Shown here: in pieces, positions 25,401 to 36,735 of the stretch
How positions within the stretch are numbered: position 1 is the stretch's first letter
How the letters are laid out: each line of letters starts with the position of its first letter
Origin: Octopus bimaculoides
Taxonomy: Eukaryota
Assembly: GCF_001194135.2 (NCBI RefSeq)
Contig: NC_068988.1
Location: forward strand, 45,842,532-45,906,531
Reading direction: 5' to 3'
DNA length: 64,000 nt
The notes under the pieces: generated by a model
What the model was told of the DNA's origin: nothing
What the model saw: only the letters and a program-made list of their open reading frames with translations
Database searches by the model: none
Translations under genes and position numbers: made by a program

Positions 25401-26824
25401 AATCTATTTTGAAAAGTGTCATTTACTGTTTAACATATCAGCATAGTGACACAAGCTGAGAACTACAAATCAAAATAATTGAGTAGTTTCACAAACCAGC
25501 CCTGCCAAGTGTTTGACGTCATTCTGTCTTATTCACATGGTTACTAAAAAAGTAATTAACCAATTACATTAATACCAATACTTCACTGATGCATTCTTTA
25601 TAATTTATATAACAGTAGAAGTTCACCATGGCAATTTTAAAACACAGATTATAAAATAATGCTAATCCTGCAAGCTCATGCTTTTACCAGTTATAAATAT
25701 TGGATAATAATATAAGAGTAAAATATACCAGCCACTGACCAACTGACCAACTAGCTAAAGTATAAAATAGTACTTAAACTTATTTATAGGAATAATATAC
25801 TTTGGAAATGAGTAACTACCACATAATCTTATTTAAGTTTAGTCAAAGTTTGTAAGGTTATGTTTTAAACAGCCATTGTTTACAACTGATAAAAGGAAGT
25901 AGTGAAAATAATGATACATATGAAAAATTAAACAGGAAATGATCAGGAACATACACACACACACACACAAAAAAGTAAAATAAAAATTAAAAAAATTTTA
26001 ACAAGAAGATTAAAAATAAATAAAACTGCAATTATTTTTTAAATAGTTGTTCTTTTGAAACAGGAAATATTCTTTCAGATAATTTTAATTTACTTCATTT
26101 GCTTTTTGTTTTATATCTTTACTGAATATGCAATATGTTTCAACTAATTTTTTTTTTTTTTTCGTTCATACATTATTTTGTTATTTCATTTTTTCAAATG
26201 GTTTTATTTTTACAACAGTTTAAGCATTAAGAATTCCCAAGTCTACTTCTAGACATTGTCTTGTATGGAAACATTGAATAAAGACTTGATTAACTTTTGT
26301 ATATATATGTGTGTATGATTGGAAAGTGAAAGTAAATCTGTGCTGGCTTGTGTAATTGTGTAACCGGAAGGTAACAGTTTATGTCTGTGTGAGTGTGGGG
26401 TAGAGAAATGGGAAGTTTCCTGCTATTGCTTTTATCATCATATTTAGATTCTTTTGGGTTTTATCTTAAATTCTCTATTTTTGTTTTCACTTCTACAGGA
26501 TAAGAAATTTGGAAGCTACATTCCTTTTTTCTCTTTCACTCATATATGCACATACAGACAAGCATAGAAGCGCACGAACAAAGATACATACAAAGACACA
26601 CACAAACACACATACAAACACACATACTAACACACTAACATGCACACTTTGTTTTTTAAATCATATCCAATATTAGAGAAATTCTCCCACATCCCCTTAT
26701 CAAAAATGAAAATATAAATTCAAATGGAAGTAAATAAACAAAAACATTTTTACAGATACTGGAATGTTTAATTGACATTTTAGTAATATATATATGTATA
26801 TGTGTTTGCATGCATGTATATGTA

Positions 26825-26832
26825 TATATATA

Positions 26833-26920
<88 letters not shown>

Positions 26921-27030
26921 NNNNNNNNNNNAGAGAGAAAGAGAGTGAGAGAGAGCAAGAAAGCGAGACTAGGAGAGAAACATATAAGCTACTACTACTA
27001 GTACTGCTGCTGCTGCTACTACATAATAAC

Positions 27031-27085
<55 letters not shown>

Positions 27086-27205
27086 CCAACAATAGCAACA
27101 ACATCAGCAACCATCATCATCATTTTCGTCATCATCATCATCATCATCATCGTTATTGTTGTTGTTATAACTATAACAGTAACAAAAATGATAATAATAA
27201 CAATG
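26825..27205. repeat. Compound microsatellite (TA)(GA)(CTA/CTG)(AAT)(CAT) with a gap at 26921-26931
   Basis: Directly visible. Confidence 0.95.
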
Positions 27206-27328
27206 GTGGTGTCAATGGTAATGTGAACAAATGGTAATCGATAGAAGCATTGGTTTATATATTAAATAAAAGTAGTACCTTCTGATATAAAAAAAAAAAA
27301 AAAGATCTTATTTTGCATTTTGTTGCAG

Positions 27329-27355
27329 GATAATCAAATCTGCTTTATTGATTGG
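27329..27355 (+). CDS. Candidate 27-nt frame-preserving microexon (unverified)
   Basis: ttattttgcattttgttgcag|GATAATCAAATCTGCTTTATTGATTGG|gtatgc; open in phase 0 (DNQICFIDW) and phase 2 (xIIKSALLIG). Confidence 0.15.
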
Positions 27356-27504
27356 GTATGCATGTGTTAATAAGAGAAAAATGTGTATTTGCATGTTTGT
27401 GTATATGTGAGTGTGTGAGGGCTTGTGAATGTGTGTGTGTGTGTGTTTGTGTGTGTGCATGTGCGCATGCACATTTGTGTGTATGAGGGTGTCTTCATCT
27501 TCTG

Positions 27505-27720
27505 TCTTTTACTTGTTTCTGTTACTGAATTGTGACCATGCTGGAGCATTGCCACGAAGGGTTTAGTCAAATGAATCAACCCTAGTACTTACCTTGCCCT
27601 TTGTTTCAAGCCTGTTACTTATTTTTTGTGGGGTCTTATGCTGAACTGCTTATTTACAAGGTCATAAACAAACCAACACTGGTTGTCAAGTAGTGATGGA
27701 AGATAAACACAAATACAAAG
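27505..27720 (-). mobile_element. SINE family C 3' part, decayed
   Basis: tttacttgtttc...gaccatgctggagca...ccctagtactt...aaccaacactggttgtcaag is the reverse complement of the family C tail. Confidence 0.65.
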
Positions 27721-27798
27721 ACACACACATTCCTCCATCCATCCATCCATCCATCCATTCATCCATGTTTATATTTATAATATATATCTATATATATA

Positions 27799-28227
27799 GG
27801 CGCAGGAGTGGCTGTGTGGTAAGTAGCTTGCTTACCAATCACATGGTTCCGGGCTCAGTCCCACTACGTGGCATCTTGGGCAAGTGTCTTCTACTATAGC
27901 CTCGAGCCGACCAAAGCCTTGTGAGTGGATTTGGTAGATGGAAACTGAAAGTAGCCCGTCTTATATATGTATATATAAATATATACATATATATATGTGT
28001 GTGTGTGTGTATGTTTATGTGTCTGTATTTGTCCCCCTAGCATTGCTTGACAACCGATGTTGGTGTGTTTATGTCCCCGTCACTTAGCGGTTCGGCAAAA
28101 AGAGACCAATAGAGTAAGTACTAGGCTTACAAAGAAGTAAGTCCCGGGGTTGATTTGCTCGACTAAAGGTGGTGCTCCAGCATGGCCACAGTCAAATGAC
28201 TGAAACAAGTAAAAGAGTAAAAGAGTA
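27799..28227 (+). mobile_element. tRNA-headed SINE family C, full-length and relatively young
   Basis: ggcgcaggagtggctgtgtggtaag (A box)...gggctcagtccc (B box), an internal TA/GT tract, and tail aagtaaaagagtaaaagagta; many CpGs retained. Confidence 0.9.
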
Positions 28228-28261
28228 TATATATATATATACACATATATATATATACATC

Positions 28262-28540
28262 CTGTAGGATTTTCGAGCGAGATCGTTGCCAGTGCCCCTG
28301 GACTGGCTTGTGCGGGTGGCACATAAAAGACACCATTTCGAGCGTGGCCGTTTTCGTGCGGGTGACACGTAAAAGCACCCACTACACTCTCTGAGTGGTT
28401 GGCGTTAGGAAGNNNNNNNNNNAGCTGTAGAAACTCTGCCAAATCAGACTGGAGCCTGGTGTTGCCATCCGGTTTCACCAGTCCTCAGTCAAATCGTCCA
28501 ACCCATGCTAGCTAGGAAAGCGGACGTTAAACGATGATGA

Positions 28541-28545
<5 letters not shown>
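28262..28545 (+). mobile_element. Family E repeat (RTE-associated 3' tail/SINE) ending in (GAT)n
   Basis: ggtggcacataaaag...gagtggttggcgttaggaag...cggacgttaaacgatgatgatgat; homologous to 3655-3840 and 57160-57400. Confidence 0.8.
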
Positions 28546-28588
<43 letters not shown>

Positions 28589-28599
28589 GTATATATATG

Positions 28600-28982
28600 C
28601 TACATGACAGTAGAACCTGGACCTCAACTACAGAGGACTTGCGAAGGCTTGAAAGAAATGAGGCTAGGGTAACGTCAGTGTGCATGCCCAATAGAGTGTA
28701 AATGATTTAAGAAGAAAATTAGGTATAAGAGGCATCGGATGTTGTGTGCAAGAGAGAAGACAGCTCTGGTTTGGTCATGTGATGCATATGGATGACGACA
28801 GCTGCATTAAGAAGTGCTGAGCTCTAATTGTGGAGGTTACCCATGGAACGAGTAGACCCAGGAAGACATGGGATGAAAGGGAGAGAAAGGATCTTTGGAT
28901 GTTGAGCCTCACAGAGGAAATGACAAGTGACTGGGAGATGTGGCAAAATGCTGTACTTGATAAGATGTGTCATGCTAAATAA
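28600..28982 (+). mobile_element. RTE-clade LINE 3' fragment
   Basis: Decayed translation TTEDLRRLERNEAR...RKLGIRGIGCCVQERRQLWFGHVMHMDDDSCIKKC...RPRKTWDE...LTEEMTSDWEMW. Confidence 0.8.
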
Positions 28983-29027
28983 TACATAAATGTATATATG
29001 TGCCACTGTGTGTGTGGGGGGGATAAG

Positions 29028-29920
29028 TATGATGATCAATAAGTATCCGGACTGTTGTCATAGTAACAAAGCTAAAGCACACAGAGTAAAGCCACTTGGC
29101 ACAGATTGACCTCGACATCTGCTGTACTTGAGCACTAAGTTTTAACGTTCTAGCTCACTTCTGCTGTTTACAGCAGTGCCTGGTAGGAAGGAGTGTAGTG
29201 TGTGATCATTGCAATGACCATGACAGAGAAAGTCAAGCAGAGAATCTGCCTCAAATTTTGCCAAAAGCTTTGTGATACCTGCTCAGAGGCTTGTGTAAAG
29301 TTTTCAAAAAGTTTCCATCGTTCTTGACACAATCAAGGAAATAATGTGCAACTGAGACCCGAGAGTTTTTTTGGTCAACTAAAAGCAGTTTTGGCACAAA
29401 CTTGGCAGACATGCATCTCATACACACATTTTTAGTGATAATGGACTGAACTGAACTGTAACTAATCTGCACATTCTCTGATAATTCACCGATGGTGATT
29501 TGGCGATTTCCCCTCACAGCTACATGCACATCTGCAATGTTTTTCTCAGTTCTGCTGGTTGCGAGTCTCCCAGAATATTCGTCAATATTGACATTTTTGG
29601 GCATCTTAGAAATGTCTGAACCACTCGTACACTTGTGTGCAACCCATATACTCCCCTCCATACACTTTCTGCAACTTAGTGTAGGCCTCTGAGCAGGTAT
29701 TGCCATGACAACTTTCTCTGTTATGGTTAATGCGACAATCACACACTACACACCTTCCTAACAAGCACTACTGTAAACAGTGGAAGTGAGATAAAATTCT
29801 AAAACTTAGTTCACATGCACAGCAGAGGTCAAGGTCAATCTCTGCCAAGCAGCTTTACATTGTGTGTTTTAGCTTCGTTACTATAGCAACAGTCCAGATA
29901 CTGAGTGATCAAACCTCGTA
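29028..29920 (-). mobile_element. Fold-back mariner derivative: two convergent 5' ends with ~270-bp inverted repeats
   Basis: Left gatcaataagtatccggactgttg and right caacagtccagatactgagtgatc. The minus strand encodes a mariner N-terminus (YEWFRHF, SGRLATSRTEKNI, NRQITIGEL, SAKFVPKLL) up to ~29305, where an inverted 5' end takes over. Confidence 0.85.
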
Positions 29921-31661
29921 TATGTAAGTGTGTTTGTGAGTTAATTCTTGCACATGCATGCATTTTTCTTAATTCATGCATTTATTCTAGCATTTATGCA
30001 TATAAACACATTTGCATCTATGTGTAAAAATATCTACGCACACACACACACACAAAACACATACACAAGCACACATGTATATATTTATATATGGCATATG
30101 TAAATATTTATAAGTAGGTTCTTAAGTGCATGTACACACATATACGCACAGTTTTACACACATACAGTTTCAACACAGATGGTTCATTATTACATTTTCA
30201 TTTTTACTGTAATCTAATGTAGTCAAGAGTTTAATTAATCGACAGAATTTGATGTAAACCATTGGTGTTATTGAATCATGATGCTTTAATTAACATCTTA
30301 TCGAATATTGACTTTTCTCTCTGTTTTAATAATATACACCTTTCATTACATCATTTTTTTTTTATTGTTTTCATATAGCTTTTCTGTATTTTTCTCTGGT
30401 ATCGATGTATATTTTACAATGTTGTGTGAATATATATATATGTATGGTTGAAGGTACACTTTTGTAGATACATGATGTCACACTGTGTGTTTTGCATATA
30501 TAAACTCATTTACATGACTGTAAATATATGTGTGCAAAGTACTTTAAATTAGAGGTTAACTCTTGGAGAAGCAATTCTGCTATCTGATATAAATTCTTTT
30601 GAAAATATTTCATTTTTTTTATTAACACTTGGTAATGATGAAATAGCCTTAATTTACTTATTCTCCATTTCCTTCAAGTCAGCATGCCTAAACATATGTG
30701 CTCATTAATGGACAGTGTTACTTATAAATGGTTAAGCATAAAAACAAGATATTTAATGGTTAAAACTGTTTAATTTACTTGTGAATCAAATATCTTCGTT
30801 GTCCAAGATAAAGCACAAACTAGAGGCTTGGTTTTTTTTTATATATATAAATTATACATATGATAAAAATATTGTTTCATTTTATTCAAAATTTACATTT
30901 TTTTACAATTTTAAGAACAATATTCAAATTTCTTCACTTTATCAACAGAAAATCCAATATACAAGCAGCATTACTGTGAATGATCATTCATAGTAATGCT
31001 TTGAATGTTCTTTCATTGCTTCTCCTGATAAAGGGAAAAAATTTGAATACCGTTCTTTAAAACATGAAAAGTGTGATTAAAATATTTATAAAATTTCAAT
31101 AATACTGTAATCTTGAAGGCACATTGCTTCAAGGCTACAGTTCAGGGTTATAATATTGTGGTATGAATTCGTAGACCAGATAGAATGTTGCGACCTTGAG
31201 CAAGATACTTCATTTAACATTGAAGAAGTCTACTTAGATGTGATGAGTACTGGTGGAATACTTGTGTTACTCACTTTCCTGCCAGCTGCCACATCTTCGA
31301 TATTTGATTGAGTCAAGATTGAGAGGGCAGAGGGATTGTTTATGTCTACTTGTAATTACATAGGTACCTCAAGCAATTTCGTTAAAACATTGTAAATGTG
31401 ATCAAGATACACTCATGAATGAATGACTGCTGGTTATTCTTACTACAGGAGATACTGAATTCTATGGTACTCATGTGAGTATGATGCGCTGTTCAACTAA
31501 ATTAGGTATGCCTAGGATTTGCGGTATTGAGCAGAATATTTGCTGTAGCCCATGTTTTATACCAAGACAAAACAATGTAAATGATAACACTACCAATCAG
31601 TTAAGATCAGAAGCCATGAGTGCCACTGCCTGGTACTGTATCAGGGCATTTAGTATTGTTA

Positions 31662-31680
31662 TTCATCATCATCATCATCA

Positions 31681-31737
<57 letters not shown>
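31662..31737. repeat. (CAT)n(TAT)n microsatellite
   Basis: Directly visible. Confidence 0.95.
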
Positions 31738-31935
31738 AGTTGTGAGCTGGCAGAATCATTAGCACACTGGGCAAAATACTTAGTGGCATTTCATCCATCT
31801 TTACGTTTTCTGTTCAAATTCTGCCTAGGTTGACTTTGCCTTTCAGCCTTTCAGAGTCGATAAAATAAGTACCAGTTGTGTACCAACTTAGCCCCTTGCC
31901 CGAACTTGCTGGCCTTGTGCTAAAATTTGAAACCA
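31738..31935 (+). mobile_element. SINE family A
   Basis: tgtgagctggcagaatcattagcac...gttcaaattctgcc...ggccttgtgctaaaatttgaaacc. Confidence 0.85.
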
Positions 31936-32049
31936 TCCTTATTATTATTTTTTATTTTTTCACTCAGCATTTTCTCATTGTCTATGCAGTATTGGATTGC
32001 TAAGTATCAGGCTGCATCCAACAATATTAGTATTTAGCTGCCTTTTTTT

Positions 32050-32418
32050 CCTTGTACCAAACAAGCAGGTTTCCTCTACAATCAAGAAATATTGATAACA
32101 AATTCTTCAACCAAACTACGAAACTTCTAGAAATGATTTCCAATGTTCCTACTATAATTGTATAATGACAACTTCAGAGCAATTCCAGACTCTCAGAAGT
32201 TTGAAATTTTGTCTCCTGGTACTTTTTCTATTTTTCTTTTTACTTTTCATGTTTTTTTTGTCTGCTATTCTTGCATGAAATGGACAAGCAGCATCAGTTA
32301 AGCAACTCATACTTACCTCTTCTTTAGGTATGACAATATCTGGGTGGTAATGTTCTATTTGTCCATTCGTTTGAATTTCCGTGTCGTGTACTACTTTTAT
32401 ATAACCATTTTCAAGAAC
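32050..32418 (-). mobile_element. R4/Dong-type non-LTR retrotransposon, C-terminal restriction-like endonuclease remnant
   Basis: ENGYIKVVHDTEIQTNGQIEHYHPDIVI...DAACPF...RVWNCSEVVIIQ matches the RLE motif order WD..IQT...IEH.RPDIV...D.A.P. Confidence 0.75.
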
Positions 32419-32812
32419 AGGCATGACAGTGTGGTAAGAAGCTTGCTTCTCAATCACATAGTTCTGGGTCCTGTCCTACTGTGTGGCACCTAGGGCAGGT
32501 GTCTTCTACTATAATCTCAGGCCGATGGAAACCCTCTGAGTGGATTTGGTAGATAGAAACTGAAAGAAGTCTGTCATATATATGTATATGTATATATCTA
32601 TGTGTACTTGTCTTTATTCTGTGTTTGTACCCACTATTGCTTAACAACGAGTGTTGGTGTGCTTTTATGTCTCTGTAACTCAGCAAATTGGCAAAAGAGG
32701 CTGATAGACTTAGTACCAGGCTTTAAAAAGTCCTTGAGTCAATTCGTTTGACTAAAATCCTTCAAGGTGGTGCCACAGCATGGCTGCAGTCAGATGACCG
32801 AAACAAGTAAGA
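32419..32812 (+). mobile_element. SINE family C
   Basis: Homologous over its length to 27799-28227. Confidence 0.85.
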
Positions 32813-32880
32813 GAAAATATAAAATATAAACATGTTTTCTTTATTTTATGTTACCAATTTTCAAATACAACTTTTTTTAA

Positions 32881-33058
32881 CCTTTTAGCTTTTAAACTGA
32901 CCCAAATATTCTAGCCATTTTATGTTCAAACCAGCCAGATCTGGCCCCTGCCCTCTACCCAATAATAATATTAATGTCATCAAATCTGAATGCTGCAAGA
33001 TAATGCATGATTAATTCAAATAACATGCATAAATAAGTATTAATGTAATGCTAAAGGT
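32881..33058. mobile_element. piggyBac-type MITE (decayed)
   Basis: TTAA|CCTTTTAGC at the left end and GCTAAAGG|TTTA at the right: short TIRs with a TTAA-like target site. Confidence 0.6.
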
Positions 33059-33209
33059 TTATTAATCCATGTATAATTGTCAAGTCTCCAATTTTTATAA
33101 AGCTTCTGAGAAAGCATTTTATTTTCAGACTACAAACTCAATCATCTTTTCTCTTTTACAATACATTCTATATGTAGTTGAGATGTTTTTCTCATCTATA
33201 TTCTTCCTC

Positions 33210-33540
33210 GTGGAGGCGCAATGGCCCAGTGGTTAGGGCAGTGGACTCGCGGTCATAGGATCACGGTTTCGATTCCCAGACCGGGCGTTGTGAGTGTTTA
33301 TTGAGNNNNNNNNNNNNNNNNNNNNNNNNNNNNNNNNNNNNNNNNNNNNNNNNNNNNNNNNNNNNNNNNAGTCAGCCTTGTCACACTGTGTCATGCTGAA
33401 TATCCCTGAGAACTATGTTAAGGGTACACGTGTCTGTGGAGTGCTCAGCCACTTGCACGTTAATTTCACGAGCAGGATGTTCCGTTGATCGGATCAACTG
33501 GAACCCTCGACGTCGTAAGTGACGGAGTGCCAACAACAAC
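33210..33540 (+). mobile_element. tRNA-headed SINE family D with a perfect 10-bp target-site duplication
   Basis: A box tggcccagtggttagg and B box ggtttcgattccc; (CAA)n tail; TSD attcttcctc at 33200-33209 and 33541-33550; gap at 33306-33369. Confidence 0.9.
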
Positions 33541-33616
33541 ATTCTTCCTCATACATCTTGTTCTGTCTGCTTGGTCAACAAAGATCAAGACATCTGTATC
33601 ATTCTTCAAATTTCTT

Positions 33617-34089
33617 GGCAGAATTCTGGTCTAAGCACGCCATATAACCCCTAATAAATTTTTATATTTTTTTAATTTGTCAGAAAAGTTTTGTGAATTT
33701 ATATTCTATTCATGGGAATTCACACGACTATGAAAAATTTTTTTATTAAAAAAATTTTTTTTTTTAATCACTGTTAAAAATATGGCCAGTCCAACTTTTT
33801 GGCTTAAATCACAACAGACCATTAAATGTATTTATGGGAGAAAATAATTGAAAAACATCAATACATCTGATTGACAAACAAATGGGGAGAGTAGAGGTGG
33901 TCATGAGATGCACTGAAAATAACAGCTAAATAGCCCTTAAATCACACATCAAAAGTATTTTGTTTGTGTTTTTGTATAATCGTATGAGTTCCTGTATGTA
34001 GAATACAAATTCACAAAAATTTTATAAAAGTTCTAAAAAATAAAAAAGTTATGAGTGGTTGTATGACGTTCATAAAGCAGAATTCTGCC
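33617..34089. mobile_element. ~470-bp non-autonomous DNA element with ~125-bp terminal inverted repeats
   Basis: ggcagaattctg...ttttgtgaatttatattctattcatgggaattcacacgact versus aatcgtatgagttcctgtatgtagaatacaaattcacaaaa...cagaattctgcc. Confidence 0.7.
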
Positions 34090-34529
34090 ACTTACTTTTC
34101 TTTAGCTATTGAAATGACATCTGGTTTATGCTTTGAAAATATTTTCCATGTAAACTTTGCTATTCATATCTTTGTTTTCTAACTTCAGGAATATCACTTT
34201 CTCTTTTTTCATACAGGAATCTCTGCACTTGGAAGTACCATTCTCACTCCATTTTTAGATACTCTCACTCCACCAATAAATGTACCCTGTTCTCTTCCAG
34301 TCTTACCTTATTACGTTGAGTTATCCATTAACTGCAGGTAGTTAACTATCATCTGGTCTTTTCTGGACTGTGTACAATTTTTAAGCAATGATAGACGGTG
34401 AGACTGATAGGCTGTCATCTTGGAAAATATGCAGACAAATATATATTTACAAGTGAGACACTATTTTCTCTGAGTTCTGTTACCTGAATTCCCCTGTTAG
34501 GTGATATAATTATTATCATTATTATGATT

Positions 34530-34720
34530 ATTTCCCTTTTCACTTCTCAGAGAACTTGATTTCAGTTAATTCTACAGACAACACCCAAGTACCATTCTCA
34601 AAATCTTCACTGTTCCCGATAGAGCAGTTTTCTGAGCATGTTCTATCCTCATGTGAGTCCTAGTTTCTCCAACAAATTTCTCAAACATGGTTGTTAATGC
34701 TCCCAGTACCCCTAGAGAGC
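34530..34720 (-). mobile_element. R4/Dong-type LINE extreme 3' end, 5'-truncated
   Basis: The minus strand reads VLGALTTMFEKFVGETRTHMRIEHAQKTALSGTVKILRMVLGC, the typical C-terminus. TAA-like repeats lie on both sides. Confidence 0.75.
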
Positions 34721-34735
34721 ATTAATTATTATTAC

Positions 34736-34766
<31 letters not shown>

Positions 34767-34887
34767 ATCATCATTATTATTATTATCATTAGCATACCAG
34801 GCAAAGTGTTCAGTGGCATTTCGTTTGTCTAATCTGTTTCATAGAGACATCTCGTTTTCTTGTTACACCTGTATTGTTTAAATCGAT

Positions 34888-35087
34888 TTCAAATTTTAGC
34901 ACAAGGCCAGTAATTTTGGAGGAGCAAGTAAGTCAATTGCATCAACCCCAATGTTCAACTGGTACTTATTTTATCGACCCTGAAAGGATGAAAGGCAAAA
35001 TCACCCTTGGTGGAATTTTAACTCAGAATGATGAAATGCTGCTAAGCGTTTATTTGGCATACTAATGACTCTGATAGCTCGCTGCCC
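34888..35087 (-). mobile_element. SINE family A
   Basis: Reverse complement of the family A body. Confidence 0.8.
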
Positions 35088-35909
35088 TCATTATCGTTAA
35101 TATTAATAATAAAAAGCAGCTGGATTGGCAGAATTCGTTGCACCTTGGACACATAAAGGATTTACATTATTTAGTGGCTGCTCTTTGGTTTCAAAACCTG
35201 TCAAGTTCATTGTTGTTTGTCAACCTTCTGAGGTCAATAAGATATGTACAATACAATTGAATATGCCCATTCCTTACATTTGAGGCCTGTGTTTATGTCA
35301 GAACCCAATTATAATAATAGTATTTTCTTTTATTTGCTCTGCATGTGTCGAATGATGGGAACATTATAAAGATTGATTGTGTTGGAGGGGTGTTTCATAA
35401 AATAGTTTTAAGAAAAGGAGGAAGGAACGAGATGAAAAGCATCACAAAATATACAACATAAATGAATACCTAGAAGTTACATTCCTCCTGATGCAAGAGA
35501 GTCACCAGCTGAGGCCAATCAAATAATCCTGTAAATCCAAGTTCATCCTGACCAAGAAGGGCATGTGACCCTATCAACTAATCTACAAGTGGTGGCTTAA
35601 AGTAATTCTATCCACACAAACCATTTTCGCTAATCACTTTAGTTTTGATAAATCCACTGGATGAGAGCATTTCTATGCAATTAGAATTTGAAAAAGTCAA
35701 TGAGAACTTGACAAAAGAGGAAAGTGTCTGTCCTCAATCTTTTCAGTATCATCCACTTTCACTGTAACCACCAAAAAAGAAAACAAAAACTGCCTGCTCT
35801 TCCCAATTAAAGGAGTGTGGTGGGCTGATTTTACAATGGACTTGGCCAATAACCAGGTCCATCACACATATGATAATAGTTGTTCAAAATAATTCCATAA
35901 GTTAATTAA

Positions 35910-36342
35910 GCATGCTTAGCAGTATTTCATCTGCTTTGCATTCTGGGTTCAAATTCCGCTGAGGTTGACTTTGCCTTTCATCCTTTTGTGGTCGATAAAT
36001 TGAGTACCAGTTGCATACGGGAGTCAATCTAATCGACTGGCCCCCCTCCACCAAAATTTCGGGCTATGTGCCTAGAGCAGAAAAGAATATTTCTCTTTGC
36101 TCAAGGTGGCAAGCTGACAGAATCGTTAGCACATGGGGCAAAATGCTTAGCAGTATTTTGTCTGTCTTTATGTTCTGAGTTCAAATTCTGCCGATGTCAA
36201 CTTTGCCTTTCATTCTTATGGGTGAGGGGGATCAATAAATAAAGTACCAGTTGCATACTGGGGTTGATCTAATCGACTGGCCTCCTCTCCCCCAAAAATT
36301 CAGGCCTTGTGCCTAGACTAGAAAAGAATATTTCTCTTTGCT
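35910..36342 (+). mobile_element. Two tandem SINE family A copies (35910-36090, 5'-truncated; 36103-36330)
   Basis: Both end ...gtgcctaga..agaaaagaata. The second copy is bounded by a duplicated tttctctttgctc. Confidence 0.85.
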
Positions 36343-36650
36343 CCTGCTATTGCCTCACATTTCTTTGGAATTGTGCCAACTACCTCCATTTTTGTGGGGC
36401 TCGAAGTGTTCATATTGGTACATTCAAAAATTTTTAACAAGGATTTGTAACATTTACATGAGACCAAATATTTTGAAGGAACAGTATGGTCAATTAAATC
36501 AACCCCAGTAATTAGCTGGTATTTATTTTACCTACTTCTGAGGAATAATAAGCAGGATTTGAACTCAAAACAAAAAGGCATGTAAATAAATACCACAAGG
36601 AATTTTCTTCTGTACTCTAAACAAGTTTGCCATCCATCACCTTTAAAAGT

Positions 36651-36652
<2 letters not shown>

Positions 36653-36721
<69 letters not shown>

Positions 36722-36735
36722 CTATTAATAATGAT
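36653..36735. repeat. (AAT)n(GAT)n microsatellite
   Basis: Directly visible. Confidence 0.95.

Noticed and set aside
26481-26540. Very strong plus-strand acceptor (ttttgttttcacttctacag at ~26508)
   Set aside because: There is no downstream donor or recognisable coding content before the microsatellites.
27799-27875. tRNA-like A/B-box heads at 17452, 20167, 27799, 33210 and 60372
   Set aside because: They continue into multi-copy SINE bodies and lack a complete cloverleaf acceptor stem, so they are SINE heads, not tRNA genes.
34217-34337. 121-nt plus-strand open exon candidate (ISALGSTILTPFLDTLTPP...)
   Set aside because: The opposite strand resembles a decayed LINE endonuclease region (W-S...NGV motif), so it is probably antisense repeat debris.
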